Assembly: GCA_964016885.1 (NCBI GenBank)
Contig: OZ024764.1
Coordinates: 16,368,001-16,432,000, forward strand
Direction: 5' to 3'
Length of the DNA: 64,000 nt
Source: Eledone cirrhosa
Lineage: Eukaryota
Shown here: positions 39,433-51,830 of the stretch, one piece after another
Layout of the letters: each line of letters opens with the position of its first letter
Position numbering within the stretch: position 1 is the stretch's first letter
Translations under genes and position numbers: made by a program
The notes under the pieces: generated by a model
Database searches by the model: none
Told to the model about the DNA's origin: nothing
Seen by the model: only the letters and a program-made list of their open reading frames with translations

Positions 39433-39524
39433 GATCCGAGAAGAACCCAGTTCTGATATTCAATTCCCTGAACTAGAAGAGAAAGATGATGTGACAGACT
39501 CAGATCATCTGCTACAGTTAAAGG
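39433..39524 (+). CDS. SUPT7L: SUPT7L coding exon 7 (IREEPSSDIQFPELEEK...)
   Basis: Matches SUPT7L KIKEEPVSDITFP; CAACAG| and |GTTAGT; phases 2 and 1 fit its neighbours. Confidence 0.9.
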
Positions 39525-39569
39525 GTTAGTCACTTTTATATTGTCTTGTGGTGGTGGGGTGTAGTACTA

Positions 39570-39604
<35 letters not shown>

Positions 39605-39917
39605 ATATATCAACAAATGGAAACTATATTTATAAAACTATATTTATTTTATTATACATATGTCAAAGGCAGCCAAGGCAAATTATGGTGCGCTTTCATC
39701 AGATAAAATACAATACAGATTAGTTTTATAAATAAATAAATATTGACATACCCTGAAAAAATGCAACCTTAACGGGTTGTCAATATTTATTTATTTATTT
39801 ATTTATAAAACTAATCTGTATTGTATTTTATCTGATGAAAGCGCACCATAATCTGCCTTGGTGGCCCTTGAAATATGTATAATAAAATAAATATAGTTTT
39901 CATTTGTTAATATATTG
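39605..39917. repeat. imperfect inverted repeat, ~140-bp arms, ~29-nt spacer
   Basis: GGTGCGCTTTCATCAGATAAAATACAATACAGATTAG versus CTAATCTGTATTGTATTTTATCTGATGAAAGCGCACC, extending into the flanks. Confidence 0.9.
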
Positions 39918-40021
39918 TATATTTACTCCAATAATTTGTTGAGTGCTTTATATCAGTTATAAAAATATTTTTAGCTTGTTGTATCCCAACAAATTAAATA
40001 TAACCTCTGCATATATATGTA

Positions 40022-40063
<42 letters not shown>

Positions 40064-40067
40064 AACT

Positions 40068-40545
40068 TAACCCTTTAATGTTCAAACTGGCCAAAACCAG
40101 CCAGAATTCTCTACTTCTTTCTGTTGAAACTGGCTGTAACTGGTCACTCATACTGATGTTAAGGTATTGTTCTCAAAATAAATACTTTCAAAATCTCATA
40201 GATTCGATATTATGTGAGGTAAAGCCTTTACTGTGAAAATACAATAGTATATATAGAGTAATGTAAATGTTATGTGAGATATTATGTGAGGTAAAGCCTT
40301 TACTGTGAAAATACAATAGTATATATAGAGTAATGTAAATGTTATGTGAGATATTATGTGAGGTAAAGCCTTTACTGTGAAAATACAATAGTATATATAG
40401 AGTAATGTAAATGTTATGTGAGATATTATGTGAGGTAAAGCCTTTACTGTGACAATACAATAGTATATATAGAGTAATGTAAATGTTATGTGAGATATTA
40501 TGTGAGGTAAAGCCTTTACTGTGAAAATATAATAGTAAATATAGT
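40068..40545 (+). mobile_element. piggyBac-type MITE (right end lost) with 72-bp array (~5 copies)
   Basis: TTAACCCTTTAATGTT left end; same 72-bp unit. Confidence 0.85.
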
Positions 40546-40662
40546 ATACTAGTTCTCACTCACTATACTAACTCTCACACACTATACTAGCTCTCACTCA
40601 CACTTACACTCTATATTAACTCTCACTCACACTCACACTCAATACCCTCTACTACACTCCAG

Positions 40663-40768
40663 ATCTGACAGCCTATGAAATCACAGTAGAACAGGAACCA
40701 GTCACTGGTCTGACCACAGATATAGACTCAAAGATTGCTGGCAACATTAAGTCTGACACAGATGTAAG
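40663..40768 (+). CDS. SUPT7L: SUPT7L coding exon 8 (DLTAYEITVEQEPVTGL...SDTDV)
   Basis: CTCCAG| and AG|GTATGT; open frame linking the phase-1 end of exon 7 to phase-2 downstream exons. Confidence 0.75.
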
Positions 40769-40779
40769 GTATGTATAGT

Positions 40780-43460
40780 GGGAGTGTTGGGGGGTCCTGT
40801 CAGAAGCAACCGTCTCCAACTGATCCAGCTAGATCCCCAAGCAAGACCAGCAAAGTTCATGGATGTTATCCAACCATCTTTCTCAGGGTCTACCCCTGGG
40901 TCTCCTGCCAGTTGGTTTTGCCGTAAAATCTGACCAGAGATTCTTTCCTGAGACATTCTAACCACATGTCTGTAGTATCAGAGCTGTGATCTCTCAATCC
41001 AGAGATTCTTTCCTGAGACATTCTAACCACATGTCTGTAGTATCAGAGCTGTGATCTCTCAATTCAGAGATTCTTTCCTGAGACATTCTAACCACATGTC
41101 TGTAGTATCAGAGCTGTGGTCTCTCAATTCAGAGATTCTTTCCTCAGACATTCTAACCACATGTCTGTAGTATCAGAGCTGTGGTCTCTCAATACAGAGA
41201 TTCTTTCCTCAGACATTCTAACCACATGTCTGTAGTATCAGAGCTGTGATCTCTCAATTCAGAGATTCTTTCCTCAGACATTCTAACCACATGTCTGTAG
41301 TATCAGAGCTGTGATCTCTCAATTCAGAGATTCTTTCCTGAGACATTCTAACCACATGTCTGTAGTATCAGAGCTGTGATCTCTCAATTCAGAGATTCTT
41401 TCCTCAGACATTCTAACCACATGTCTGTAGTATCAGAGCTGTGATCTCTCAATTCAGAGATTCTTTCCTCAGACATTCTAACCACATGTCTGTAGTATCA
41501 GAGCTGTGATCTCTCAATACACAGATTCTTTCCTGAGACATTCTAACCACATGTCTGTAGTATCAGAGCTGTGGTCTCTCAATTCAGAGATTCTTTCCTG
41601 AGACATTCTAACCACATGTCTGTAGTATCAGAGCTGTGCTCTCTCAATTCAGAGATTCTTTCCTCAGACATTCTAACCACATGTCTGTAGTATCAGAGCT
41701 GTGATCTCTCAATCCAGAGATTCTTTCCTGAGACATTCTAACCACATGTCTGTAGTATCAGAGCTGTGATCTCTCAATACACAGATTCTTTCCTGAGACA
41801 TTCTAACCACATGTCTGTAGTATCAGAGCTGTGGTCTCTCAATTCAGAGATTCTTTCCTGAGACATTCTAACCACATGTCTGTAGTATCAGAGCTGTGAT
41901 CTCTCAATCCAGAGATTCTTTCCTCAGACATTCTAACCACATGTCTGTAGTATCAGAGCTGTGATCTCTCAATACACAGATTCTTTCCTGAGACATTCTA
42001 ACCACATGTCTGTAGTATCAGAGCTGTGGTCTCTCAATTCAGAGATTCTTTCCTGAGACATTCTAACCACATGTCTGTAGTATCAGAGCTGTGGTCTCTC
42101 AATTCAGAGATTCTTTCCTGAGACATTCTAACCACATGTCTGTAGTATCAGAGCTGTGGTCTCTCAATTCAGAGATTCTTTCCTGAGACATTCTAACCAC
42201 ATGTCTGTAGTATCAGAGCTGTGATCTCTCAATCCAGAGATTCTTTCCTGAGACATTCTAACCACATGTCTGTAGTATCAGAGCTGTGATCTCTCAATAC
42301 ACAGATTCTTTCCTGAGACATTCTAACCACATGTCTGTAGTATCAGAGCTGTGGTCTCTCAATTCAGAGATTCTTTCCTGAGACATTCTAACCACATGTC
42401 TGTAGTATCAGAGCTGTGGTCTCTCAATTCAGAGATTCTTTCCTGAGACATTCTAACCACATGTCTGTAGTATCAGAGCTGTGATCTCTCAATCCAGAGA
42501 TTCTTTCCTCAGACATTCTAACCACATGTCTGTAGTATCAGAGCTGTGGTCTCTCAATTCAGAGATTCTTTCCTGAGACATTCTAACCACATGTCTGTAG
42601 TATCAGAGCTGTGGTCTCTCAATTCAGAGATTCTTTCCTGAGACATTCTAACCACATGTTTGTAGTATCAGAGCTGTGGTCTCTCAATTCAGAGATTCTT
42701 TCCTCAGACATTCTAACCACATGTCTGTAGTATCAGAGCTGTGGTCTCTCAATTCAGAGATTCTTTCCTGAGACATTCTAACCACATGTCTGTAGTATCA
42801 GAGCTGTGGTCTCTCAATTCAGAGATTCTTTCCTGAGACATTCTAACCACATGTCTGTAGTATCAGAGCTGTGGTCTCTCAATTCAGAGATTCTTTCCTG
42901 AGACATTCTAACCACATGTCTGTAGTATCAGAGCTGTGATCTCTCAATCCAGAGATTCTTTCCTCAGACATTCTAACCACATGTCTGTAGTATCAGAGCT
43001 GTGGTCTCTCAATTCAGAGATTCTTTCCTGAGACATTCTAACCACATGTCTGTAGTATCAGAGCTGTGGTCTCTCAATTCAGAGATTCTTTCCTGAGACA
43101 TTCTAACCACATGTTTGTAGTATCAGAGCTGTGGTCTCTCAATTCAGAGATTCTTTCCTCAGACATTCTAACCACATGTCTGTAGTATCAGAGCTGTGGT
43201 CTCTCAATTCAGAGATTCTTTCCTGAGACATTCTAACCACATGTCTGTAGTATCAGAGCTGTGCTCTCTCAATTCAGAGATTCTTTCCTCAGACATTCTA
43301 ACCACATGTCTGTAGTATCAGAGCTGTGATCTCTCAATCCAGAGATTCTTTCCTCAGACATTCTAACCACATGTCTGTAGTATCAGAGCTGTGATCTCTC
43401 AGGTCAGAGAAGTAGGGGCTCTACCTGGAGTGACTCTCTGATCTCCGATCTATGCACGTT
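40780..43460 (-). repeat. RTE LINE 3' fragment with an internal 65-bp segment amplified ~38 times (40935-43400)
   Basis: Unit CAGAGATTCTTTCCTGAGACATTCTAACCACATGTCTGTAGTATCAGAGCTGTGATCTCTCAATY; collinear RTE sequence continues on both sides. Confidence 0.92.
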
Positions 43461-43531
43461 TAAAAAAAAAACTTTTCTTTTTTTTTTTTTTTTTTTTAAT
43501 TAATTTATTAATTTATTTGTTTATGTTATAG

Positions 43532-43829
43532 ATTGCCATATTTGGACGTAGAAGACGGCACAGGAGGCAGTGGGAACTTGATGACATCATCAACAGCGGG
43601 AGGAGTGACGACGGTGGGGAGTAGCGGCAGCAGCATTTCAGCGGTGAGCAGCGGCGGGAGTGTGGGAACGTCGTCGAAGGAAGGATGCCAGCAGCAGCAG
43701 CAGCCGCCGTCCTCTGTGGGCCCTGGGGCAGGGGACTGTCTCTCTGATGTCAATGGATCAAACCTCTACATGCCAGATATTCTGCCGCCATTGATCAACT
43801 CCAGACTCAACAAGACCAGGAAACTGTAA
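43532..43829 (+). CDS. SUPT7L: SUPT7L C-terminal module exon A (LPYLDVED...PPLINSRLNKTRKL*); donor after 43825 overlaps the stop
   Basis: Strong acceptor TTATAG|; 294 nt to CT|GTAAGT; read-through gives CTG TAA and a 435-aa protein. Confidence 0.8.
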
Positions 43830-43834
43830 GTTGT

Positions 43835-44770
43835 AGTGATGGTGGTGGTGGGGGTGGGGTGGAGAGGTGGGGTGGGGGCGGGGTGAGGTGGAGGGATGTA
43901 GGGGGGGGGTAGTGCAGAGGGGGCGGTGGTGGAGGGGTGTAGTGCTGGGGGTGGGATGTAGGGATGGTGGTGGTGGTGGTGTAGTGGTGGGGGTGGCGAG
44001 GTGGAGGGGTGTAGTGCTGGTGGGGGTGGATGAGTGTAGTGCTGGTGGTGGTAGTGGGATGTAGGGATGGTGGTTGGGGGTGGAGGAGGGGTGTAGTGTG
44101 GGGTGAGGTGGTGGTGGTGATATTGCTGTCAGTAATGTTGTTGTTGTTGATAATGGTGGTGTATTGCTATTGTGACTACTGCTACTACTACTGGTGTTGT
44201 TGTTGATGTTGTGGTGGTGGTGGTGGTGGTGGTGGTGGTGTATTGCTGTTGTGGTGGTGGTGGTGGTGGTGTATTGCTGTTGTGGTGGTGGTGGTGGTGG
44301 TGGTGTACTGCTGTTGTGGTGGTGGTGGTGGTGTATTGCTGTTGTGGTGGTGGTGGTGGTGGTGGTGTATTGCTGTTGTGGTGGTGGTGGTGGTGGTGGT
44401 GTATTGCTGTTGTGGTGGTGGTGGTGGTGGTGGTGTATTGCTGTTGTGGTGGTGGTGGTGTATTGCTATTGTGGTGGTGGTGGTGTATTGCTATTGTGGT
44501 GGTGGTGTATTGCTATTGTGGTGGTGGTGGTGGTGTATTGCTATTGTGGTGGTGGTGGTGGTGGTGGTGTATTGCTATTATGGTGGTGGTGGTGGTGTAT
44601 TGCTGTTGTGGTGGTGGTGGTGGTGTATTGCTATTGTGGTGGTGGTGGTGGTGTATTGCTATTGTGGTGGTGGTGGTGGTGGTGGTGGTGGTGTATTGCT
44701 GTTGTGGTGGTGGTGGTGGTGGTGGTGGTGTATTGCTGTTGTGGTGGTGGTGGTGGTGGTGGTGGTGTAT
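43835..44770. repeat. G-rich (GTG)n / TATTGCTGTT(GTG)n low-complexity tract
   Basis: Directly visible. Confidence 0.9.
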
Positions 44771-46225
44771 TGCTCTCATCACTGTTGCTGCCGTATATGT
44801 TGTTGTTGATGATGCTGATGGTGTTTTGCTATCACTGCTATTGCTGTTGTTGATGATGATGATGTTTATTGTGTTATATATATGTGTGTATATATATATA
44901 TATATACACACATGTGTATATATATATATATATATATACATGTGTATATATATATCTATATATATATATTATACTTGGGGAGGGTCATATTGTTGTAATA
45001 ATATTGCCAGAAATAATAACAGAACACACTCACTGTTTGGGTTGGTTTTCGCTTCTGTATCTTTTATATCTCCATAGTTAATTTATTTGGCAATCAATGT
45101 TTATCATTGACTGACCAATGGTTAAAAATACAGATATAAATATATATATATATATAGTCTAACAAAGTTCTTTCGTTGCACATCTGCGACATCATCAGTG
45201 GTACTATTATTTTCCCTCCTATTGTATTGTATTGTATTGTATTGTATTGTAAAAGGTAAACAGAAATAACAACACAATAGGTAGAGTATATGGAAGGGAT
45301 ATATTAGGTTAACGCTTGATATAGCAGGAAGAGGGTCTTAACGTTTTGGACACTAGTTCTTCATCAGAAGAAAGAATGAGAAATTAGAAAGATTGAAGGG
45401 GTGGGCAGGACATAATTGGCAGAAAGAAGACAGAGTAGAGGAAGACCTTCAGATTACTGAAGCTCACAGAGGAGATGATGAAGGACCGTGACACCCTTGC
45501 AAGAAGGGAAAAGGGGACATAAAATGATGATGATGATATATATATATATATATATATATAGGATGAGAAAATGCGAAGTAGTTTCAGATGTTAAAGTCCT
45601 CTATTGATAATGCTGTGATACATATTTCAATGACAGCAGTGGCCACACGCGTTCGTGTACCCAGTGCCGTGACCTCATCAGACAGCTTCTTATATAATGT
45701 GGTGGTCGTGGTGGTGGTGGTTGTTGTTGTTGTTTTGGGGGGGGGGGGGGGTTGTTGTTGTTGTTTTGGTGGTGGTGGTTATTGTTGTTTTGGGGGTGGT
45801 GGTTATTGTTGTTGTTGTAGCTGTTATGGTTGTTGTGGCTGCTATGGTGGTGGTCTTGGTTCTTGTGATGGCAGTGGTTGTTGTGGCCGCTATGGTGGTG
45901 GTGGTTATTGTTGTTTTGGGGGTGGTGGTGGTGGTTATTGTTGTTGTTGTAGCTGTTATGGTTGTTGTGGCCGCTATGGTTATTGTTGTGGCTGCTATGG
46001 TTATTGTAATGGCCTTGGTTGTTGTTGTTGTTGTGGTGGTGGTGGTGGTGTTGGTTGTGGTGGCCTGCAATGGTATTTCTACCAACAGACGTACTGTGTA
46101 TACTGATACCATACACAAATATATATGTATATAGATATGATACGTAAATTGAGAATATACGCAGAAATTGAAGAGAGACTGTGTTACACTGTCTTATGTA
46201 ATCAGTAAAGTAATCCATGATACAT

Positions 46226-47154
46226 TTAACTCTTTAGCATTTAAACCAGCCATAGCCTTTCTGTTAAAACTGGCTGTAACCGGCTGCTCATACTTATTTT
46301 AAGGTATTGTTCTCAAAATAAATAATATCAAAATCTCATAGATTTAATATTATGTGAGATAATTATGTGAAATAAAATGATTACCGTGAAAATACAATAG
46401 TATATATAGAGTAATGTAAATGTTATGTGAGATATTATGTGAGGTAAAGCCTTTACTGTGAAAATACAATAGTATATATAGAGTAATGTAAATGTTATGT
46501 GAGATATTATGTGAGGTAAAGCCTTTACTGTGAAAATACAATAGTATATATAGAGTAATGTAAATGTTATGTGAGATATTATGTGAGGTAAAGCCTTTAC
46601 TGTGAAAATACAATAGTATATATAGAGTAATGTAAATGTTATGTGAGATATTATGTGAGGTAAAGCCTTTACTGTGAAAATACAATAGTATATATAGAGT
46701 AATGTAAATGTTATGTGAGATATTATGTGAGGTAAAGCCTTTACTGTGAAAATACAATAGTATATATAGAGTAATGTAAATGTTATGTGAGATATTATGT
46801 GAGGTAAAGCCTTTACTGTGAAAATACAATAGTATATATAGAGTAATGTAAATGTTATGTGAGATATTATGTGAGGTAAAGCCTTTACTGTGAAAATACA
46901 ATAGTATATATAGAGTAATGTAAATGTTATGTGAGATATTATGTGAGGTAAAGCCTTTACTGTGAAAATACAATAGTATATATAGAGTAATGTAAATGTT
47001 ATGTGAGATATTATGTGAGGTAAAGTCTTTACTGTGAAAATACAATAGTATATATAGAGTAATGTAAATGTTATGTGAGATATTATGTGAGGTAAAGCCT
47101 TTACTGTGAAAATACAATAGTATATATAGAGTAATGTAAATGTTAAAGGGTTAA
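46226..47154 (+). mobile_element. piggyBac-type MITE with 72-bp array (~11 copies)
   Basis: TTAACTCTTTAGCATT...TGTTAAAGGGTTAA termini. Confidence 0.9.
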
Positions 47155-47399
47155 AAAAGATGATAATGATTGAAAATTGATATATATGCTTTATGACATA
47201 ACAATGAAAAAATATAACGAAATGTGATGATATGAAAGTTTAACAGAAGTGAATAAATACATTATATAAAATTATTTATGTTTATTCAAAAGCTAAGAAT
47301 TTAGTAGAAAAATTACATATGATATGTTCATGATTTATTCAAAGTAATACTTATTTTAATAACATGTGATCTGAAATAATAAATTGGACATAATCTTGC

Positions 47400-47740
47400 A
47401 GTTCTCCACTATATAAGCATAGACGAGTTGAGAAAGAAACTGTGTATAAGAGGGATAAGTTGTGGTGTGCGGGAGAGAAGACTGAGATGGTATGGACATG
47501 TGATGAGCATGGAGGATGACCACTGGGTAAAGAAGTGCCAAGAAATGCCAGTAGAAGGAAGACGCAGTAGAGGTAGACCACGAAAAACATGGGTGGAGGT
47601 GGTGAGAGCAGACCTCAGATCGCTGAAGCTCACGGAGGAGATGATGAAGAACCGTGACGAATGGAGAGATGCTGTACTGAATAGGACCCGTCCCACCCTT
47701 GCAAGCAGGGAAAACTGGACGTAAAATGATGATGACGATG
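47400..47740 (+). mobile_element. RTE-clade LINE 3' end
   Basis: RERRLRWYGHVMSM...GRRSRGRPRKTWVEVVRADL...RDEWR followed by an (ATG)n tail. Confidence 0.85.
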
Positions 47741-48105
47741 AATGCTTGGAGAACTGTGAGACTGGGTCCAATTATTTTATATATATAGATATATATATGT
47801 ATATATATATATATATATATGCAGATAGATAGATATTATATATTTCAATACATGCTATTAGTATGACATTCAAGAAACTATCAGTTTCATAGGCCGTATC
47901 AATAAAGGCTCATATTTTTCCATTACCAGAAGTAGGTGTACCTTCTCTTGGTTAATCACCTGTCTTGATATATATATGTATATATATTTATGTATATATG
48001 TATGAATGTATGTATGTATATATGTATTACTATTTTTCATTCTTTTCTCACCCGGCAAAAACAAAATTTAATAACAACAACAACAACAATTTAAAAACAA
48101 TAAAG

Positions 48106-48679
48106 GCTGAGTTTCCTTGACGACGACGACGACAACAACAACAACAATAACAACAGTAGCAGCAGTGGGACCGCCACCGCTAGCGGCAGCAGTTCAAAGG
48201 GACAAGACCATCCATGGCTGTGGCAGCCCTCAAAGCAGTCATGTGATCACCGTCCAGCAGCCGGTAACACCACCTCCGCCGCATCCTCCACCACCACCAC
48301 CACCACCACCAGTAATAGTGCCAACATTAGCACCACCACCACCACCACCACCACCACAACCACCACTAATAACAACAACAGCAGCAGCAACAGCAACAGC
48401 AGTGGTAACAGTAGTAATATAAACAGAGGTAGTGGTGGTGGAAGTGGTTGTAGTAACAACAACAACAACAACAACAACAACAGTAGTAGTAACAGTTGTA
48501 TTGGAAGTGCTGCTGGTGGTGGCGGTGGTGGCGGTGGTGGTGGTGGCGTTGGAGGAAGCTGTGTTGCTGGTGGCGGCGGTGGTGGTGGTGGTACTGCCCC
48601 AGGGAGCAGTGGAAACAGTGGGGGTCTTGCACCGCCCTCTATAACCCCCATGAGGTCATCAAAGAAGGCCAAACTGTAA
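48106..48679 (+). CDS. SUPT7L: SUPT7L C-terminal module exon B (LSFLDDDDD...poly-N/T/S/G...PPSITPMRSSKKAKL*); donor after 48675 overlaps the stop
   Basis: 570-nt stop-free frame missed by the ORF track (no early start codon); AAAG| acceptor and CT|GTAAGT; ends homologous to exons A and C. Confidence 0.7.
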
Positions 48680-48729
48680 GTTGACAGCCCCGCGCACACC
48701 TTCCACCTTCTCCACCTACACTCTCTCTC

Positions 48730-49010
48730 CCCCTCTCTCACAATGACACTATCTCTCTCTCCCCCTCTCTCACAATGACACTATCTCTCTCTCCCCCTCT
48801 CTCACAATGACACTATCTCTCTCTCCCACTCTCTCACAATGACACTATCTCTCTCACCCTCTCTCACAATGACACTATCTCTCTCTCCCTCTCTCTCACA
48901 ATGACACTCTATCTCTCCCCCTCTCTCACAATGACATCTCTCCCCCTCTCTCACAATGACACTATCTCTCTCCCCCTCTCTCACAATGACACTATCTCTC
49001 CCCTCTCTCT
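48730..49010. repeat. ~33-bp CT-rich minisatellite
   Basis: CTCTCACAATGACACTATCTCTCTC units. Confidence 0.85.
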
Positions 49011-50281
49011 ACCTCTCTCACACAAACCCTATCTTTCCCCCTCTCTCTCTCAAACTCTCTCTCACTTTCCCTCTTTCACTCTCTCTTTCTCACAAACACA
49101 GTCTTTCACACTCTTTCTCTTTCTCTCTGTCTCTCCTCTCAAACAAATGACGTTCCTTTTCTCTCTCTCTCTCTATCTACATATCTCTCACTTGTTGCTC
49201 TTCCCTCTTTCTCTCTCTCTATATAGATGGGGGCAACATCATAACTTTCTATCACATCAGAAACACAACATTCCCTTCTCTCTCCATCTATAAAGAAAGG
49301 TATCTATGTACATACCTCTAGCTTGGCACTCCCCACTCTCTTTATATGGTCTGAGTTCAAATCTGGCTGAGGTTAACTTTGCCTTTCATCCATACGGGGT
49401 CGATAAAATAAAGTACCAGTAATGTACTGGGGTAATTGCTGGCCTTGTGTCAAAAGGTGAAACAATTATATATATATATAGATTTGTTTTCTATGCTGGC
49501 ATGGGTTGGATAAGTCATCACATTTTAAGACTTGACAGGTCAAGTGACAACATGCTGCTTGTATGTTTTATCTTAGGCATTGTTTCTACAGTTGGATGCC
49601 TTTCCTAAAGCCAAACCACTTTACAGAGTGTCCTGGGTGTATTTTATCATGACACCAACACTACCACTTTACAGAGTGTACTGGGTGTATTTTATCATGA
49701 CACCAACACTACCACTTTACAGAGTGTACTGGGTGTATTTTATCATGACACCAACACTACCACTTTACAGAGTGTACTGGGTGTAATATATCATGTCACT
49801 AACACTACCACTTCACAGAGTGTACTGGGTGTATTATATCATGACACCAACACTACCACTTTACAGAGTGTACTGGGTGTATTTTACCATGACAACAGCA
49901 CTATGTATATATCTTTTGGTGTATGTGTGTCTGTGCATGTGTGTGTGTGTGTCTATATATGTACGTATGTTTTTGTGTGTATGTGTATATGTGTTTATAT
50001 GTATGTGTGTTTTGTGTATATGTGTGTGTGTGTGTATGTATGTGTCTATATCTCACTGTGTATGTATCCAGTCTACTGTCTCAAATATGGAATGGACTGC
50101 ATGGGATAATGCAGATGTAGACACCATAGTAGACAGGCTATTTGATGCCCATATAACCCTTATTAACACCTATAAACCCCGAATGAATCTGTTAACCCAT
50201 TCACAGTCCTCAAATCTGCTGATTTTAACCCTTATTGACAACTATAAACCATGTTGTTTGTGTTAACCTATCCAAAGTCTT

Positions 50282-51072
50282 TAACCCTTTAATGTTCAAA
50301 CCGGCCAAAACCGGCCAGAATTCTCTCAACTCTTTCTGTTGAAACTGGCTGTAACCGGTCGTTCAAACTGATGTTAAGGTATTGTTCTCAAATTAAATAC
50401 TTTCAAAATCTCATACATTTAATGTTATGTGAGATAAAGCCTTTACTGTGACAATACAATAGTATATATAGAGTAATGTAAATGTTATGTGAGGTATTAT
50501 GTGAGGTAAAGCCTTTACTGTGAAAATACAATAGTATATATAGAGTAATGTAAATGTTATGTGAGATATTATGTGAGGTAAAGCCTTTACTGTGAAAATA
50601 CAATAGTATATATAGAGTAATGTAAATGTTATGTGAGATATTATGTGAGGTAAAGCCTTTACTGTGACAATACAATAGTATATATAGAGTAATGTAAATG
50701 TTATGTGAGATATTATGTGAGGTAAAGCCTTTACTGTGAAAATACAATAGTATATATAGAGTAATGTAAATGTTATGTGAGATATTATGTGAGGTAAAGC
50801 CTTTACTGTGACAATACAATAGTATATATAGAGTAATGTAAATGTTATGTGAGATATTATGTGAGGTAAAGCCTTTACTGTGACAATACAATAGTATATA
50901 TAGAGTAATGTAAATGGTATGTGAGATATTATGTGAGGTAAAGCCTTTACTGTGACAATACAATAGTATATATAGAGTAATGTAAATGTTATGTGGGGTA
51001 TTATGTGAGGTAAAGCCTTTACTGTGAAAATACAATAGTATATATAGAGTAATATGAATACTAAAAAGTTAA
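50282..51072 (+). mobile_element. piggyBac-type MITE with 72-bp array (~9 copies)
   Basis: TTAACCCTTTAATGTT left end, degenerate right end. Confidence 0.85.
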
Positions 51073-51474
51073 TTCATTGAAACAGAGTGTATTTCATTAG
51101 AAATGTGGTCATGAAAGGGTTAATGTCTGTTTTCTCTGCTAGCAAAAGTAGGGCAGGTCTCCACACACTGAATCAATAATTTAAACAGAGCTTTCACTCA
51201 CAAGTCTGTGTTAACCCATCCACAGTCCTTAAATGTCTGCTTATTGTCACCCTTATTAACAACTATACCTGTCTAATCATTACTAGCAGGAAAGATGAAT
51301 TTTAAATGATTATGATTGTGATGATCGTCTTGGTAAACCTTGCCTATGTTGACCCCTTTCCCAGCTCCCAGATGTCTACTACATATAATCTTTATCCGAC
51401 TATAAACTCTGTATGAATGTGTTAACAATTTCACAACCCTCGGCTATTGTAACTCTTAACCTTTATTAACTCCA

Positions 51475-51830
51475 CTCTTTCACAACTCTCTCATACCACC
51501 ACTTACAGCACAACTAACCCTAAACTTCACTAACTTAACTCTTTCACAGCTCACTCATACCACCACTTACAGCACAACTAACCCTAAACTTCACTAACTT
51601 AACTCTTTCACAGCTCACTCATACAACCACTTACAGCACAACTAACCCTAAACTTCACTAACTCCACCCTTTCACAGCTCTCTCATACAACCAATTACAG
51701 CACAACTAACCCTAAACTTCACTAACTTAACTCTTTCACAGCTCACTCATACCACCACTTACAGCACAACTAACCCTAAACTTCACTAACGCCACCCTTT
51801 CACAGCTCTCTCATACTAACACTTACAGTG
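51475..51830. repeat. 64-bp minisatellite (~5.5 copies)
   Basis: CACAGCTCACTCATACCACCACTTACAGCACAACTAACCCTAAACTTCACTAAC... period 64. Confidence 0.9.

Noticed and set aside
38130-39476. 448-aa His/Thr-rich ORF
   Set aside because: Stop-free because the repeat lacks G; the real exon at its end is in a different frame
51475-51830. Interstitial telomere (CTAACCCTAA)
   Set aside because: Only ~1.5 telomeric units within a 64-bp minisatellite unit
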